A DNA stretch of 64,000 nt from Amphiscolops sp. MND2022 (Eukaryota), in the NCBI GenBank assembly GCA_964187785.1, contig OZ076409.1, positions 93,994,001 through 94,058,000 on the forward strand, read 5' to 3'. The notes below the pieces were generated by a model. It was not told the origin of the DNA, did no database searches, and saw only the letters and a program-made list of their open reading frames with translations. Positions 9,921 to 20,609 of this stretch are shown piece after piece; position 1 is the stretch's first letter, and every line of letters begins with the position of its first letter. The position numbers and the translations under genes were made by a program.

Positions 9921-12900
9921 ATGGAAGACGAAGGAGCTGGGCAATCCTCTACCGTACCACGTACGGGTTTCTTTGGTGGAAATGAGACAAACTTCGAGTA
10001 TTCCGATGACGATGTTCTTCCGGAAGCTGTCCCTTCTGCCTCAGGTTGGTAAAATCGTTCTGTTTTCCATGGGTATTTGGACTATTTGTTTTTGGTGATC
10101 AGCCTTTATAGTCTTACCCGTAACTCTGACGCGCCAAACCAGATCTTGATTGTCAGTAACTCAACCTGTCTCAACTTCAGCTGCCATTACTTGTGTGACT
10201 TCCACAGCTGTAGTTGTCTCCAGTTCTTCCGTGTTGCCTCCGGTTTCGAGTGTTCTAACTGTTCGTGCTTCTGTCAATGATGTATTGACTTCCGCGCCTA
10301 GTGCATCTGAATCTGGGCCTTCATCTGGGCTTTTACTTTCTTGCTCCGCTGAAGATCCGACGAATGCCAGTGTTGATCCTGTTGGGAGTCAACCTCGTGT
10401 TTCAGATCCTGCTCCTTCCCCTACTGGTGGCTCGGATAGTGAGTCTCAAGGAGGTGAGACTGTTGCCCCCGTCGATCGAGAAACAGGTCAGTGTATTCTT
10501 ATTTGCTGTTTGGGTGGGAGGCTGTATTTCTTTTCTTTTTATGGTATATCTGTACATGTAAGTTTTTCCTTTGGAATATTTCTCCGTTAGTTATACGGAT
10601 GTTCTGATGTTTTAGTTTCTCCGCCTGTTGCTGGTCGTAAGATGGTGGTGAAATTTAAAACTCCTCCAAAGAAGCAAAAGATGATCTCTCCTGAGGAACC
10701 TCCGAGTTTTGACTATGGTGTGACTGGTGGATTTGATTCCGAAGGGACCGGGTTCTTGACGATGAGTCCCGATTATCTTTTGGAGTGGAGTCGTCATATA
10801 GTGGAAGAAGTTGATACCCGTACCACGCAAACAATCCAGAGTGGTAAGTCGTCATTTCTGGCTGGGTTTTTATGACTGGTCTGTTCTTTCTTTTTCCTTC
10901 TTCTCTTTTCTGTTTTTTTTTGTTTGTTTGTAGTGTGTTGTTTTTCAAGCTCGTTCTGTATTTTTGATGGTCCGTGAAGTTGCCGTTTCGTGAGTGTTAC
11001 TGGTGGAGTTCTAGGTATCAGCAAGTTAGTTGAGAAAGTGGACGATCGTTTGGGGAAGAAAAAGACCAGAAAATACAGCAGTCGCAACGATCTTCACAAA
11101 AGAATGTTGGGGCTGCATTCCGCTTTTCCTTCGTTTGTGTCTGGTCCCAAGAATGGCCAAGTGACACACTTCTTCTGCAAGGTGTGTAAACAGGACGTGG
11201 CTATGATCGAGCTCATGGATCGGGCGAATTCATCCGACACTTTGGTTCTGATGGACATTGGTATCGCGATGTAACTTATCGTGTTCATATGGGATTGCCT
11301 GTGTTGAATCGTCTTCTTGAGCCCATGGAGTTGTCGGATAATCAGATGGCAGAGTATCGAGCACGTCCCTTTGTTGATTTGGCCGAAGGTTATCCGTTCC
11401 CCGAGGAGTTAATCCCCAAGCATTGTCAAGTAAAGTCGAGAGTTCCGTTCATGACTCTCGTATCCTGCTTTTGTGACTTGCTCCGGAGTGGTGGCGATCT
11501 TACTTTGCTGCGCCGCATGTGGGGTCATTTCTGTGCTTCGTTGGGTGATCGGAAACCCAAGTATTCCATGCAGTGGAGCCGTTCCGAGACTGTGGTGAGT
11601 ATTATTTGGTTATGGAGTAGTAGAAGTATATCGTATGTCAGTGAGGAGTTACTTTTCCCTCTCTTTTTTTCGAAGAGGTTTGCATTTCGGTCCTTCGTGT
11701 GTCAAGGCCTTGCTCCGCGAGTTATCCGTTTGCTTCTGAGTGGGATCACAAAGTTTAAAGAGTATTCTATACAGTTCGAGAAGGAAGATGATGCTGAGTT
11801 TTGCTTTGTGGTCTGGTGGGAGGACGATCATCTAAAGAAGGTGTGCATCAGTGTGGAGTCCCTTGATCAGGCGTTGCCCGATGCTGAATTGGTTCCTCTT
11901 TCTCGCGTGATTCACAGTCTGGATCCTCCTCAGTTTCCGTTGTGTATCCGTGGTGCAAGTCCCACGCTGGTTCGTGTGCTTGGCGACGTACTTCCCGATG
12001 GTAGGGATTTTGTGGTCCACGAGCGTTTCACTAGTGAGGTGTTCCTAGAGTGCTTCCGTCGGGCGCACCAGAATATTTTCGGGATGCTAGAGGTCGTAAC
12101 TGCAGTGGAATACATTGTGTTGCGGATGCGCAGTGCTCTCCATGATACGTGGACTGAAGGTAAGACAGTGTTGCGCCGTTGCATACGCAAGGGTTCCGTT
12201 CCTTTTGAGGATTTGCTTCCTGTTGTGGACGATATAGTTGGACTGTGGGCAAACATTCGTCCCTTCGTTCGTTATACGGGGTTGCCACATGTTAAAGAAC
12301 GGGTTGACAGCGTTAGTATTTCATCCATAACTTTTGGCAATTTTCTCTTTTGTCGTTCCTGTTCTTGGAAGTTTGTTTTGTTGTTACTAGATGCGCGGTG
12401 CAGATTGGAATATAATTGCAGATGGTATGATTTTATACAAGTTTGGACTTCTGCGATTGGTACTCACCACATGTAAGTGTTGATTTTTGCGTTCTTCTCT
12501 TTGCCATTGCCTGTTACGGATTGTGTTGGAGTTCTTGCCTGATTTCGACTGTTTCTGAGTGAAGCTGTTAAATGTATTGTTTGCCGAGTCATGTCCGCTT
12601 TTAGTTTGACCTTTGATTATCTGTGACTATCCCGCTTGTATGATCTTTTTGTGTGTGTTTCAGTTCGTAACAATTTCGTGAAGTTCTTTGGGCAGCGTGA
12701 TGATTACGATTTCTGTTGTTACGGGGAAATCTGTAACTTTGTGTATTGCTTGCTGCTGAAAACTCGATCCACAGATGGACTTCCTGGCATTCATGAGTGG
12801 GAGAGTTACATGGACATTGAGAAAATTGCTGGTTTCCCTGCTATTTCAGCTGATGCGTTCCTTGTGAACTACGAATTGGGCCAGGAATTGTTGAAAGGCA

Positions 12901-13811
12901 AGACAAGTGAAGTACAGGAATTCCGTGTTAATTGCCGCAAGTTTCTCGATTAGTTGATTCGGGAGATTGTTTGCCATCGGAGCGTTTCTTCTGGAGTTTC
13001 TCGTGGTCTTTACTGTTTTGGTCCCGAAATTCTGCTTGATGGGGATGGCGATAGTATTTTTGGCCTGTTTGCTGGTCTTTGCAAAATATTAGTTGACTGC
13101 GGAGTGCTGCCGTTGGGATCTTCGAGTGCCGCAGTTGATGAATTCTACAGTTATGTAGTAGAGAAACGTCGCCAGTATGCCGGGAGTGATCGATCAGGAA
13201 ATGCAGTATTTGATGTTATGGCTCTTTTGCTGGGCGATTATTCTTTCCAATCGCGTCACAATGTTTTGCGAATATTCAAACTGTGTTGTTTGATTGTGAG
13301 TTCTGGCCGAAGCCGTTATCCTTCCGTGTTGTTGCAGCTTCCTGGTAGCGCATTGGATCAAAAGGCTGTAGGTAACTGTGTCAGGATGGTGCAGTCTTAT
13401 GTGTTGAGTCCAGGCTATGTCCCGAAGTTATTTTTCACTGATTTGACATTGGATGCCGTACGGAGTGCTGTCGAGGATGCGGGGGTGTTTTATGTGACTG
13501 GCGATTTTGATGTGTGGAAGAACGTCTGTAGTTCCGGGTTTGCTGCGTTTGTGTCTGCTGTGAGTACTTCATTCTCAAAGGTAATGTCGCGACGTCGAGA
13601 AGCCGAGGAAAAAGACTATACTGAGTGGAATCGGGCGAATAGGCAGACTCAGATTGACCGTCGAGCTGGTCCTAGTCGTAATGAGAGCAGCGGAAGTATT
13701 GCGGCCAAACCCAAGAAGGCAGCGGCAAGTGGTTCAAAAGGAGGTGGAGGGTCCAGCTCTAAAGGTGGATCGTCAAAATCTGGCAGCAAAAAGAAAACCG
13801 GCCAAGAATGA
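9921..13811 (+). pseudogene. Antisense spliced accessory gene inside the Gypsy element, ~1051 aa, BED-like C2H2 zinc finger, possibly hAT-transposase-derived; this copy lightly disabled
   Basis: Exons 9921-10044, 10112-10486, 10616-10843, 11015-11594, 11691-12311, 12391-12472, 12664-13811 join in phase through GT..AG introns (intron 4 acceptor reads CGG); lesions: TGA 10147, 2-bp insertion ~11206, TAG 12951; motif FCKVCKQDVAM-RAHGSGEFIRHFGSDGH. Confidence 0.7.
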
Positions 13812-14001
13812 TGCTGATCAAGGTGTTTATGATACCCTCGAAAGTTCAACTAGTAGCTGGGGTTGTTGTGTTTAGACTCTGCAATTTTTAATTTTCAGGA
13901 ATTTGTTATTCTGCTCTTGTTATCTCTTGTTATGATTGTATTGTAGTTTAGAAATTAACGTTATCATCCCGGTTAGGCTTGGTCAACTTGATCGTTTTCA
14001 T

Positions 14002-15600
14002 TCAGTTTTGAGTTTGAGAACTCTCTTCCGTAGTGATTGCGTCTAGCATCCGAAAATCAGGATGTGCATTATGTTTAGGATTAGGTCGTAGGTTATACCT
14101 TCCCGTTTTTCTAGGATTGTCTCCGACAACTATAGGCGGCTGTGTAGGCGGTATTGGGGGGCTTTCTGTAGGCGGCGGCATCGTCATAAAAGGGTTATCA
14201 CTGACGTCTAAGTTAAATGACGTATTATCTCCGGAGGATGTTTTATCCATCGTTGTGTTTTCATCTGCAGTTGCTATAACTGTTTCATGTTCCGTTGTAT
14301 TTTCGTCTTCAGTTTGTACTTCCGTGATAGTAGCTTCTTCATTGTCGTTTTCCGTTGGGGTTCCGAACAGAACTTCTCCGAATTCGGTTTCCCAAGCTTG
14401 CGCGTACCAATCGTCATGGGTTGTTTTAACCTCAGGATCTGGAAGCTGATCTTCCACTTTGACCGTTACGTCAGGTACTCGTTGATTGGGCGCGTATAGC
14501 CTTAGGCGAATTCTATGGAGGGTTTGCGTATATCTTGTTCCCGTTCGTCTTACGACGTAGTTGTTATTAGAAAGGACTTTGACCACTATATATGGTCCCG
14601 TCCAAATGCAATCTTTGAAAGCGAATTTCATTGACTGGTTATCAGCCTTCGGGTTCAGGACGTAGCAATAGTCATTGACTTTCAATGGCGTTGCTGTCGC
14701 TTTTTTATCATAATATCGCTTATATTTCAAGTATGATTGCATAAGGTTGTCCTTAGCCGATTGGTGGATTTCAGCTATTTGTTTCTGTAGTGCGTCCGTT
14801 AGGTCTTCGTTGGCGTCTTTTTTCCATTCTGGCTTGAGTCCCAGCTTGATATCCAGAATGTTGTACGGGATGCGTCCGTGAAATACGGTTGTTGGTTCGC
14901 ATCCTAGGCTTTCGTGGTAACTAGTGTTGTAGTTCATGACTGCAATTTGTACGTATTTGTGCCACATCGAACGGCGTTCTCCTGTTGATATTTTGAGGGA
15001 AGTCTCTAGCGATGCATGCGTTCTTTCGAGTATGCCAATTGTTTGTGCGTGCTTTGTTGACGCATGGCTGATCCGGATATCAAGTGTTTGTGCGATTTGA
15101 TTTACGACGTCCGATCGGAATTGTGATCCTTTGTCGGTGAGAATGACTGTAGGTAAGTAACAGTGACGCTTCATTACGTCGATTATACATCGGCCTACTG
15201 TTCTGGCAGTCATGTCTTGTGTAGGGTATGCGAAGAGGTAGCGGGAGAACACGTCCATCATTGTTATGATGTGTTTGTATCCATTCGATGGGGGTAAGTT
15301 TGGGTAAAATGTCGACTTCTAGACAATCTTCTGGTCCAAATGTGAATTCTGTATTGCTCAGCATTTTTGGACGTTTTTGGCGTGTGTCTATTTGTTTGTT
15401 AGCTATGCAATCAGGGCAGTTTATTACCCAAGCCCTGATTTTCCGCGCTAATCCCGGGTAGTAGTATTTTGTTCGTCTTTCTTGAATCATCTTTGTTATT
15501 CCTGGGTGTTTATTCGTTTTTCCATGTAGTGTGGATAGGAGTTCTGGTACGATATGCTTTGGTATAAGGATTTGATGATGCGTAACTGTACCGTCTTCGC
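14002..15600 (-). CDS. Gypsy pol: integrase (frameshift near 15290)
   Basis: HGKTNKHPG..CPDC zinc-binding motif, D-D(TDKGSQF)-E(ILERTH) core, WTGPY (GPY/F) module, acidic tail ending in RYNLRP. Confidence 0.9.
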
Positions 15601-17551
15601 CATAGTATTTACGCATGAGTACTCCATCCTTGACTATTATTCTCTCTTCGTGGCGTAGTAGGTTGCGCCCTCTGGGTTCAGTTTTGAGGAGATGCTTGTC
15701 GTATTCCTCGTGAAGTAGACGTAATTTTAGCGCTTTTAATATTGGGTCCGCGTCTTGTTCGTTGCGGATGCGGGCATTTTCCTTGATGGCTCCGAAGGCA
15801 TATACTGTGGCATTGAGGGGTATGTGGACTGTTTCAGTGACTTCTGTCGTTAAATTTTGTTGCTCTTTTTCGTCTATTGCTCGTTGTTGGCTAAGGGCTT
15901 TCCTTGCAAAGACCTCTTGTTCTGATTCTTCTTCTTCTTCATCTGGTAAGAAAAAGAGTTGTCCTTCGTCGGCAACATCGGTGGATTGTAGATTGACTTC
16001 GATGGGTGCCGTTATGATGTCGTCACGTAGTTTGAGTTGAATTCTCTCTTTTGGTGTTAATTCTAGGCGAGACAGAAAATCAGCGGCTGTGTTTTGCGAT
16101 CCGGCTACGTGCATGATGCGGAATTTGAATTGGAGTACGTAGTCGCAGGCATTCCAGAGAGCGGGAGGTGTAGTTTTTGTTTGAAAAAATCTTGTGACTG
16201 ATCTATTGTCGGTCAATACTAATGTCGGCAGTGTCGTTTCCCAGAGAATGTGACTGTATTCTAGGAATGCGTGGTATATGGCTAGGAATTCTTTGCAGTA
16301 TATTGACATTTTCAATTGTGACGGAAAAACCACGCGTGATCCAAAGGCAACAGGTGCGAATGTTTTTCTTTTGGAGAGAATCTTTTTGTTATCATTTTCC
16401 TCAATCATAATTGCGTATCCAGAAGCTCGAAAACTTGCGTCCGTCATGAGTACGTATTGTTTTCCTGCAATTGGTTGTCTGAGGGCGAGTCCACAGGCCT
16501 CCGCTAGGCTCGCGTTGGTCGCTTTGAAGTTGTCGACTAGCTCTTCGGATATGGTGATTTTGGCGTCTGCTTTCAAGAGTTCGTACATTCCGATCATTTT
16601 TTCTGACAGTCTCGGTATGTAATTTCTGTAGTAGTTGATGAATCCGATGTACTTCTGGACTTGTTTCTTTGATCTGGGGAATCTGATTTTAGACAAGAAG
16701 TTGGTGATTTTGTGGTCTTGCGGTGCTACTCCAAGGGGTGTGATGGTTCTTCCCAGGAATTCGATTTGGGTGACACCAAAGTGGCATTTTTCAATTGTGA
16801 GTTTTAGTCCGGCTTTGCGGATGCATTTGAAGACTGCTCTGATGTTCTTAATGAGTTGTTCCGTTGTGTTGGCGGCGATCCCGATATCGTCCAAATATTG
16901 GGCACACTGGTCGGCTTTGATGACGGTGTCGAGGTATTCCCGCATGAAGCTCGAAAAGGCTGACAAGGCTCTACTAAGTCCCTGGGCTAGCCTGCGATAG
17001 GCAAACGTTCTACTAGCAAAATTAAATGCAAGGAGTTCTACTGACCTTTGATCTGCCATTTGGAGGCAGTGGTAGGCTTGTGAGCAGTCTAGTTTGCGGA
17101 ACAGCTGTTTCCCCGCTAGGTGTTGTGCGGCGTCTGAGAGGGTGCTGATGGGGTGGTTGTTGTTTATGTAGTCATCTGAGATGAGGGCGTTGATTTTCCG
17201 TAAGTCCACTAGGAGCCGCAGTTTGCCATTAGGTTTGCGTTGCGCGAAGATGGGGCTCTCGTATTTCAAGAATGGGAGAGTTGTGATGATCCCATATTTG
17301 TGCATGAGCGCTAATTCTACTGTGAGGTCGTCCTTGAGGTTGATGGGTACGGGGAGACTCTGTGTATATACCGGTTTGTCGTTTTTGGGAGTTAGGCATA
17401 CTTTGAACTGGTTGTTCATTCCGATGTCCAGTCGGTGACGTGCAAAGATGTCATTGAATTCGACTAGGGTGGACTCTAGGTTTTCACGGTCTTCCCCCGT
17501 TATTAGCGAGTCATTCCATTTGAATAGCGAAAGGAATTGTGTTCTGGATTT
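15600..17551 (-). CDS. Gypsy pol: reverse transcriptase and RNase H
   Basis: KLRLLVDLRKIN, LAQGL, QYLDDI, EFLGRTI, TDASFRASG, KEFLAI, TDNRS, ADFLSR; in-frame stop at 17552 upstream. Confidence 0.95.
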
Positions 17552-19215
17552 TTAGTCTTGTTTAGGGTCCAGTTCTTCTAATCTTTGTAGTTCGCGTAGT
17601 TCTCGTAGAATGCGTTGTTGGATGGGTGTGTGTTCCGATTCATCTCCGGGATTTTCGGGAGTTGGGAACCAGAATTTCTCTTCTGTTTGTTCTGACGAAT
17701 CAACTTGCATCAATGCATTAACATACGCAACAACATCGTCGTGTTCGGTGAGTAGATTGAGGGCTGCTATATCTACTGCTCGTATCAATTTCGTTTCTTC
17801 GGGTTTCAGTATTTGTAATTCTACTAGTTTCGTGTGTGGCGTTACTGTATAGGAGAAGTCTGTGGTGTTCGCTATTTTTATCGCGACTCGTTTGTCTCGG
17901 GCTGTTGTTATTGCTAGGGCTACTATGAGTTTTGCATTTTCGTCGAACTGTGGTAGAGGTTGGACTGTCCCAGTTATTGGGTGGTCATTACTAGTAGTGA
18001 TGGAAGCGTGGATGATCCGCGTGGCTTGGGCTGGTATGGTGTGTTTTTCTTCCGTTTTGATAGTGATGGGTTTGGGGTTGCACTTTTGTCTTTCATCTTT
18101 TAGGGCTAGAGTGATTTGTATTTTAGGAAAGTCTATTGTTCCTTGTGCAGTATCTAGGATTGCGGAATGTTTCCGGAGGAATGCCAGGCCGATGATTGGG
18201 TAAGATGTTTTGGTCATGATGATGAAGGTCTCTTCGAACGCGTAGTCACCGATTTTGAACTGCATTGTGTATGTCGCGCGGGCTTTTTCAAGTTCTGTGT
18301 TGGCATATTGTATCTTGAAAGGGGGTGGAGGTGCTTTCGCGATTATGGTTGCATTGGCTTCAGTTTGTATCTTGTCTGCGTCCCTTTCGCTGATGACGTT
18401 GATGTAGGCTCCCGAGTCAACTAATGCATCAATTCTAGTGTTTTCAAAGTCAAGAGGAATGAAGAGCAATTCTTTTTGAGGGTAATTGCTGACATTAACG
18501 GAGTGTAGTCGTCGTCATTATCATGTTGTATGAATTCTTTTATGATATTGAGATCATATGGTAGTTGTTGTGGGCATTCCGTTACTTCGTCGTCTGCATG
18601 GTTGTGGTCCTTAGTTGGCAGTTCGGATGTTGTTGTTGGAGGTGATACTGTTTGATCGGCTGCCTCGCGTTGTTCTTTTGCTTGTTGTGTCCATATTGTT
18701 TTATCTTCGATGCAGATGATGTTCTCTGCATCTATTGGTGTGGGCGTGGTGGTGACGGGTGTTGGCGAGGACTGTGTTGTCTTTTTGAGGATTGGTGACG
18801 GTGGTGATGGTAAGGTTGTACTCTCGGTGAATTGGGCTTGCGGATTTGAAACTTGGATCTTGAAGGAGAGTTTATTTGTGTCATAGATGGTTGGTTCATC
18901 CCAGGGGTCACATCTATAGTCTCTATCATATATGTAAATGCGTTCGGTCTTTGATTCTGGTAAGGGTCTTTTTAGTGTCGCGTAGTTATCGGGTGGTTCT
19001 GTTATCCATTGGGGTAGTGGTGTTGGGTCTTCTGGGTGTCGGGCATTCTGTCTAAGTATCATGCCTACGTTCCAACGACGTTGCCAGTCCTGGGTGGGTT
19101 CCTCATTGCATTCTGTGAGGAAATCTTCTTCATATCTGTTTGGGGGGTCTTCTATTGTGTACGCCCTTGCGTCTACCGTTTCCCCGAAGCGGAGGCGCGG
19201 CGTTTTTAGTTTTTT
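17552..19215 (-). CDS. Gypsy pol N-terminus: linker and aspartic protease (frameshift near 18470)
   Basis: ALVDSGA protease motif and IIGLAFL; the -1 frame from the gag end is open into ORF 18421-19062. Confidence 0.85.
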
Positions 19216-20609
19216 GACTGGATTTCAACAGTGGGGATTGGTTGTTCGCTGATTTGGCTGGTGGGGATTGTGAATGTGTGACGTTTCTTCCTAGGATTGT
19301 TCGCCGCATTAGCCCCGTACCAGCAGTTCTCGGTTTTGTGGAGTTTTTCGCAAGTGTCACACTTTGGTTTGGGTGGTTCATTGGTGTTGGGAATGCCATT
19401 CTGAGATTTAGTCTCAAAGTATCGATCTTTTCGTAATTTGCGGCATTGTGCTTTATAATGCCCCTGTTTGCCACAGTGGAAGCAGCTTCCTTGATGGGTG
19501 AGTTCCTTTTTTGGTTCCGTAGGTGCGACGTCGACTGCATTTAGTGGGACTAGTATTGTTTCATCTGGTGCTCCCAGGCCGTTAAGGCGCATCTCTCTTT
19601 CGAGGTGTAGGACAATGTCGTTATACGGCTTATCTTCGAGATAGGCCCGATTGAGGATCTTTTTGACATGGTCCGGCATTTTGGCATAAATAGCCTTATC
19701 TATGAATTTTTGCGCCTCTGGGCCGAACGCTTCTTTGGCTGATTTTTGTAAAACGTCCAAAAATTCATGTAATTTTTGTTTGGTTGGGTCAAAATGCAGC
19801 GTGTCCCATTCGCATCTCGCTTTGGCTGAAGATTGGAAATCTCCGAAGCGGCGTTTAAATGCCGTGATCACCTCCTCTAGGTTGTCTTTTTTAGCATCAT
19901 CTAAGTTGCAGTATGCTTGGAGTGCATTGCTTCTCAGGAGCGAGTGAAAATAATTGATTTTTTGGATTTTCGTTAGGTGTGGGTACATTTTTATGTTGTT
20001 CCGGAATAAGTCCTCGAAATTTTCTGACTTACCATCGAATACAGGCAATGATGCAGTGAGTGCTTTCGGCATTGAAGGTAGGTGTGGCGGCTGGTGTATT
20101 TCCGGTTGGGGAGCGAAGAGTAGTCGTGTTGTCGAAGGGCGTTCGTTGGGTGGCAAGCTTTGTGGTCGATGCGGTCGTGTTTTCTTCTTTCCAAGGTTCG
20201 TTGAGTCATTGAGGACTCCTGTCACCATGTTACGACTGTTCACCGGTGTAATTTTACGAGTAGTCGCAGTGGTTTTATTTTTGATCGGTGTTGAAGTTGT
20301 ATTCTCCGGGATGTTTTCGGATTCAGAATCTGTTTCTTCAGTAGCTGTTATGATGGTTTGTTTTTTAACAGGAGGAGCTATTAGTTTTAGCATCTCCTTT
20401 TGATTTTCAGCTAAGATTTCAGTAAGGTCAGACATGATCTCTTTCCTCAGTGAAGATCTGATTTCTTCCAGATTTTCAGCAAGTACTCCAGGAGATTTGC
20501 TCGTTCCCGCTACGGGATTTAAGTTTTGGTTAGTCTCAGGTATTGGGGTCTCCATTTCAGTAGAAACTAATTGTTCAACAGCTTTTCTCTTCTGGCTTCT
20601 AGTATTCAT
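19206..20609 (-). CDS. Gag (starts 382 nt inside the 5' LTR)
   Basis: MNTRSQKRK start; LPVFDGKSE capsid-like motif; CFHCGKQGHYKAQC zinc knuckle plus CDTCEKLHKTENC. Confidence 0.9.
   Translation of the reverse strand: MNTRSQKRKAVEQLVSTEMETPIPETNQNLNPVAGTSKSPGVLAENLEEIRSSLRKEIMSDLTEILAENQKEMLKLIAPPVKKQTIITATEETDSESENIPENTTSTPIKNKTTATTRKITPVNSRNMVTGVLNDSTNLGKKKTRPHRPQSLPPNERPSTTRLLFAPQPEIHQPPHLPSMPKALTASLPVFDGKSENFEDLFRNNIKMYPHLTKIQKINYFHSLLRSNALQAYCNLDDAKKDNLEEVITAFKRRFGDFQSSAKARCEWDTLHFDPTKQKLHEFLDVLQKSAKEAFGPEAQKFIDKAIYAKMPDHVKKILNRAYLEDKPYNDIVLHLEREMRLNGLGAPDETILVPLNAVDVAPTEPKKELTHQGSCFHCGKQGHYKAQCRKLRKDRYFETKSQNGIPNTNEPPKPKCDTCEKLHKTENCWYGANAANNPRKKRHTFTIPTSQISEQPIPTVEIQSKN
19209..19215 (-). 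other. -1 programmed ribosomal frameshift heptamer A-AAA-AAC at the gag end
   Basis: TCA AAA AAC TAA; the -1 frame reads LKTPRLRFGETVDAR...MILRQN without a stop; GC-rich hairpin just downstream. Confidence 0.75.
20215..20227 (-). other. Primer binding site, tRNA-Leu-like
   Basis: TGGTGACAGGAGT directly after the 5' LTR; one mismatch to the TGGTGTCAGGAGT expected for a Leu-CAG tRNA 3' end. Confidence 0.6.

Noticed and set aside
8639..13811. env gene of an errantivirus-like element
   Set aside because: No signal peptide, furin-site/fusion-peptide arrangement or TM anchor seen; the main gene is antisense with a zinc finger.
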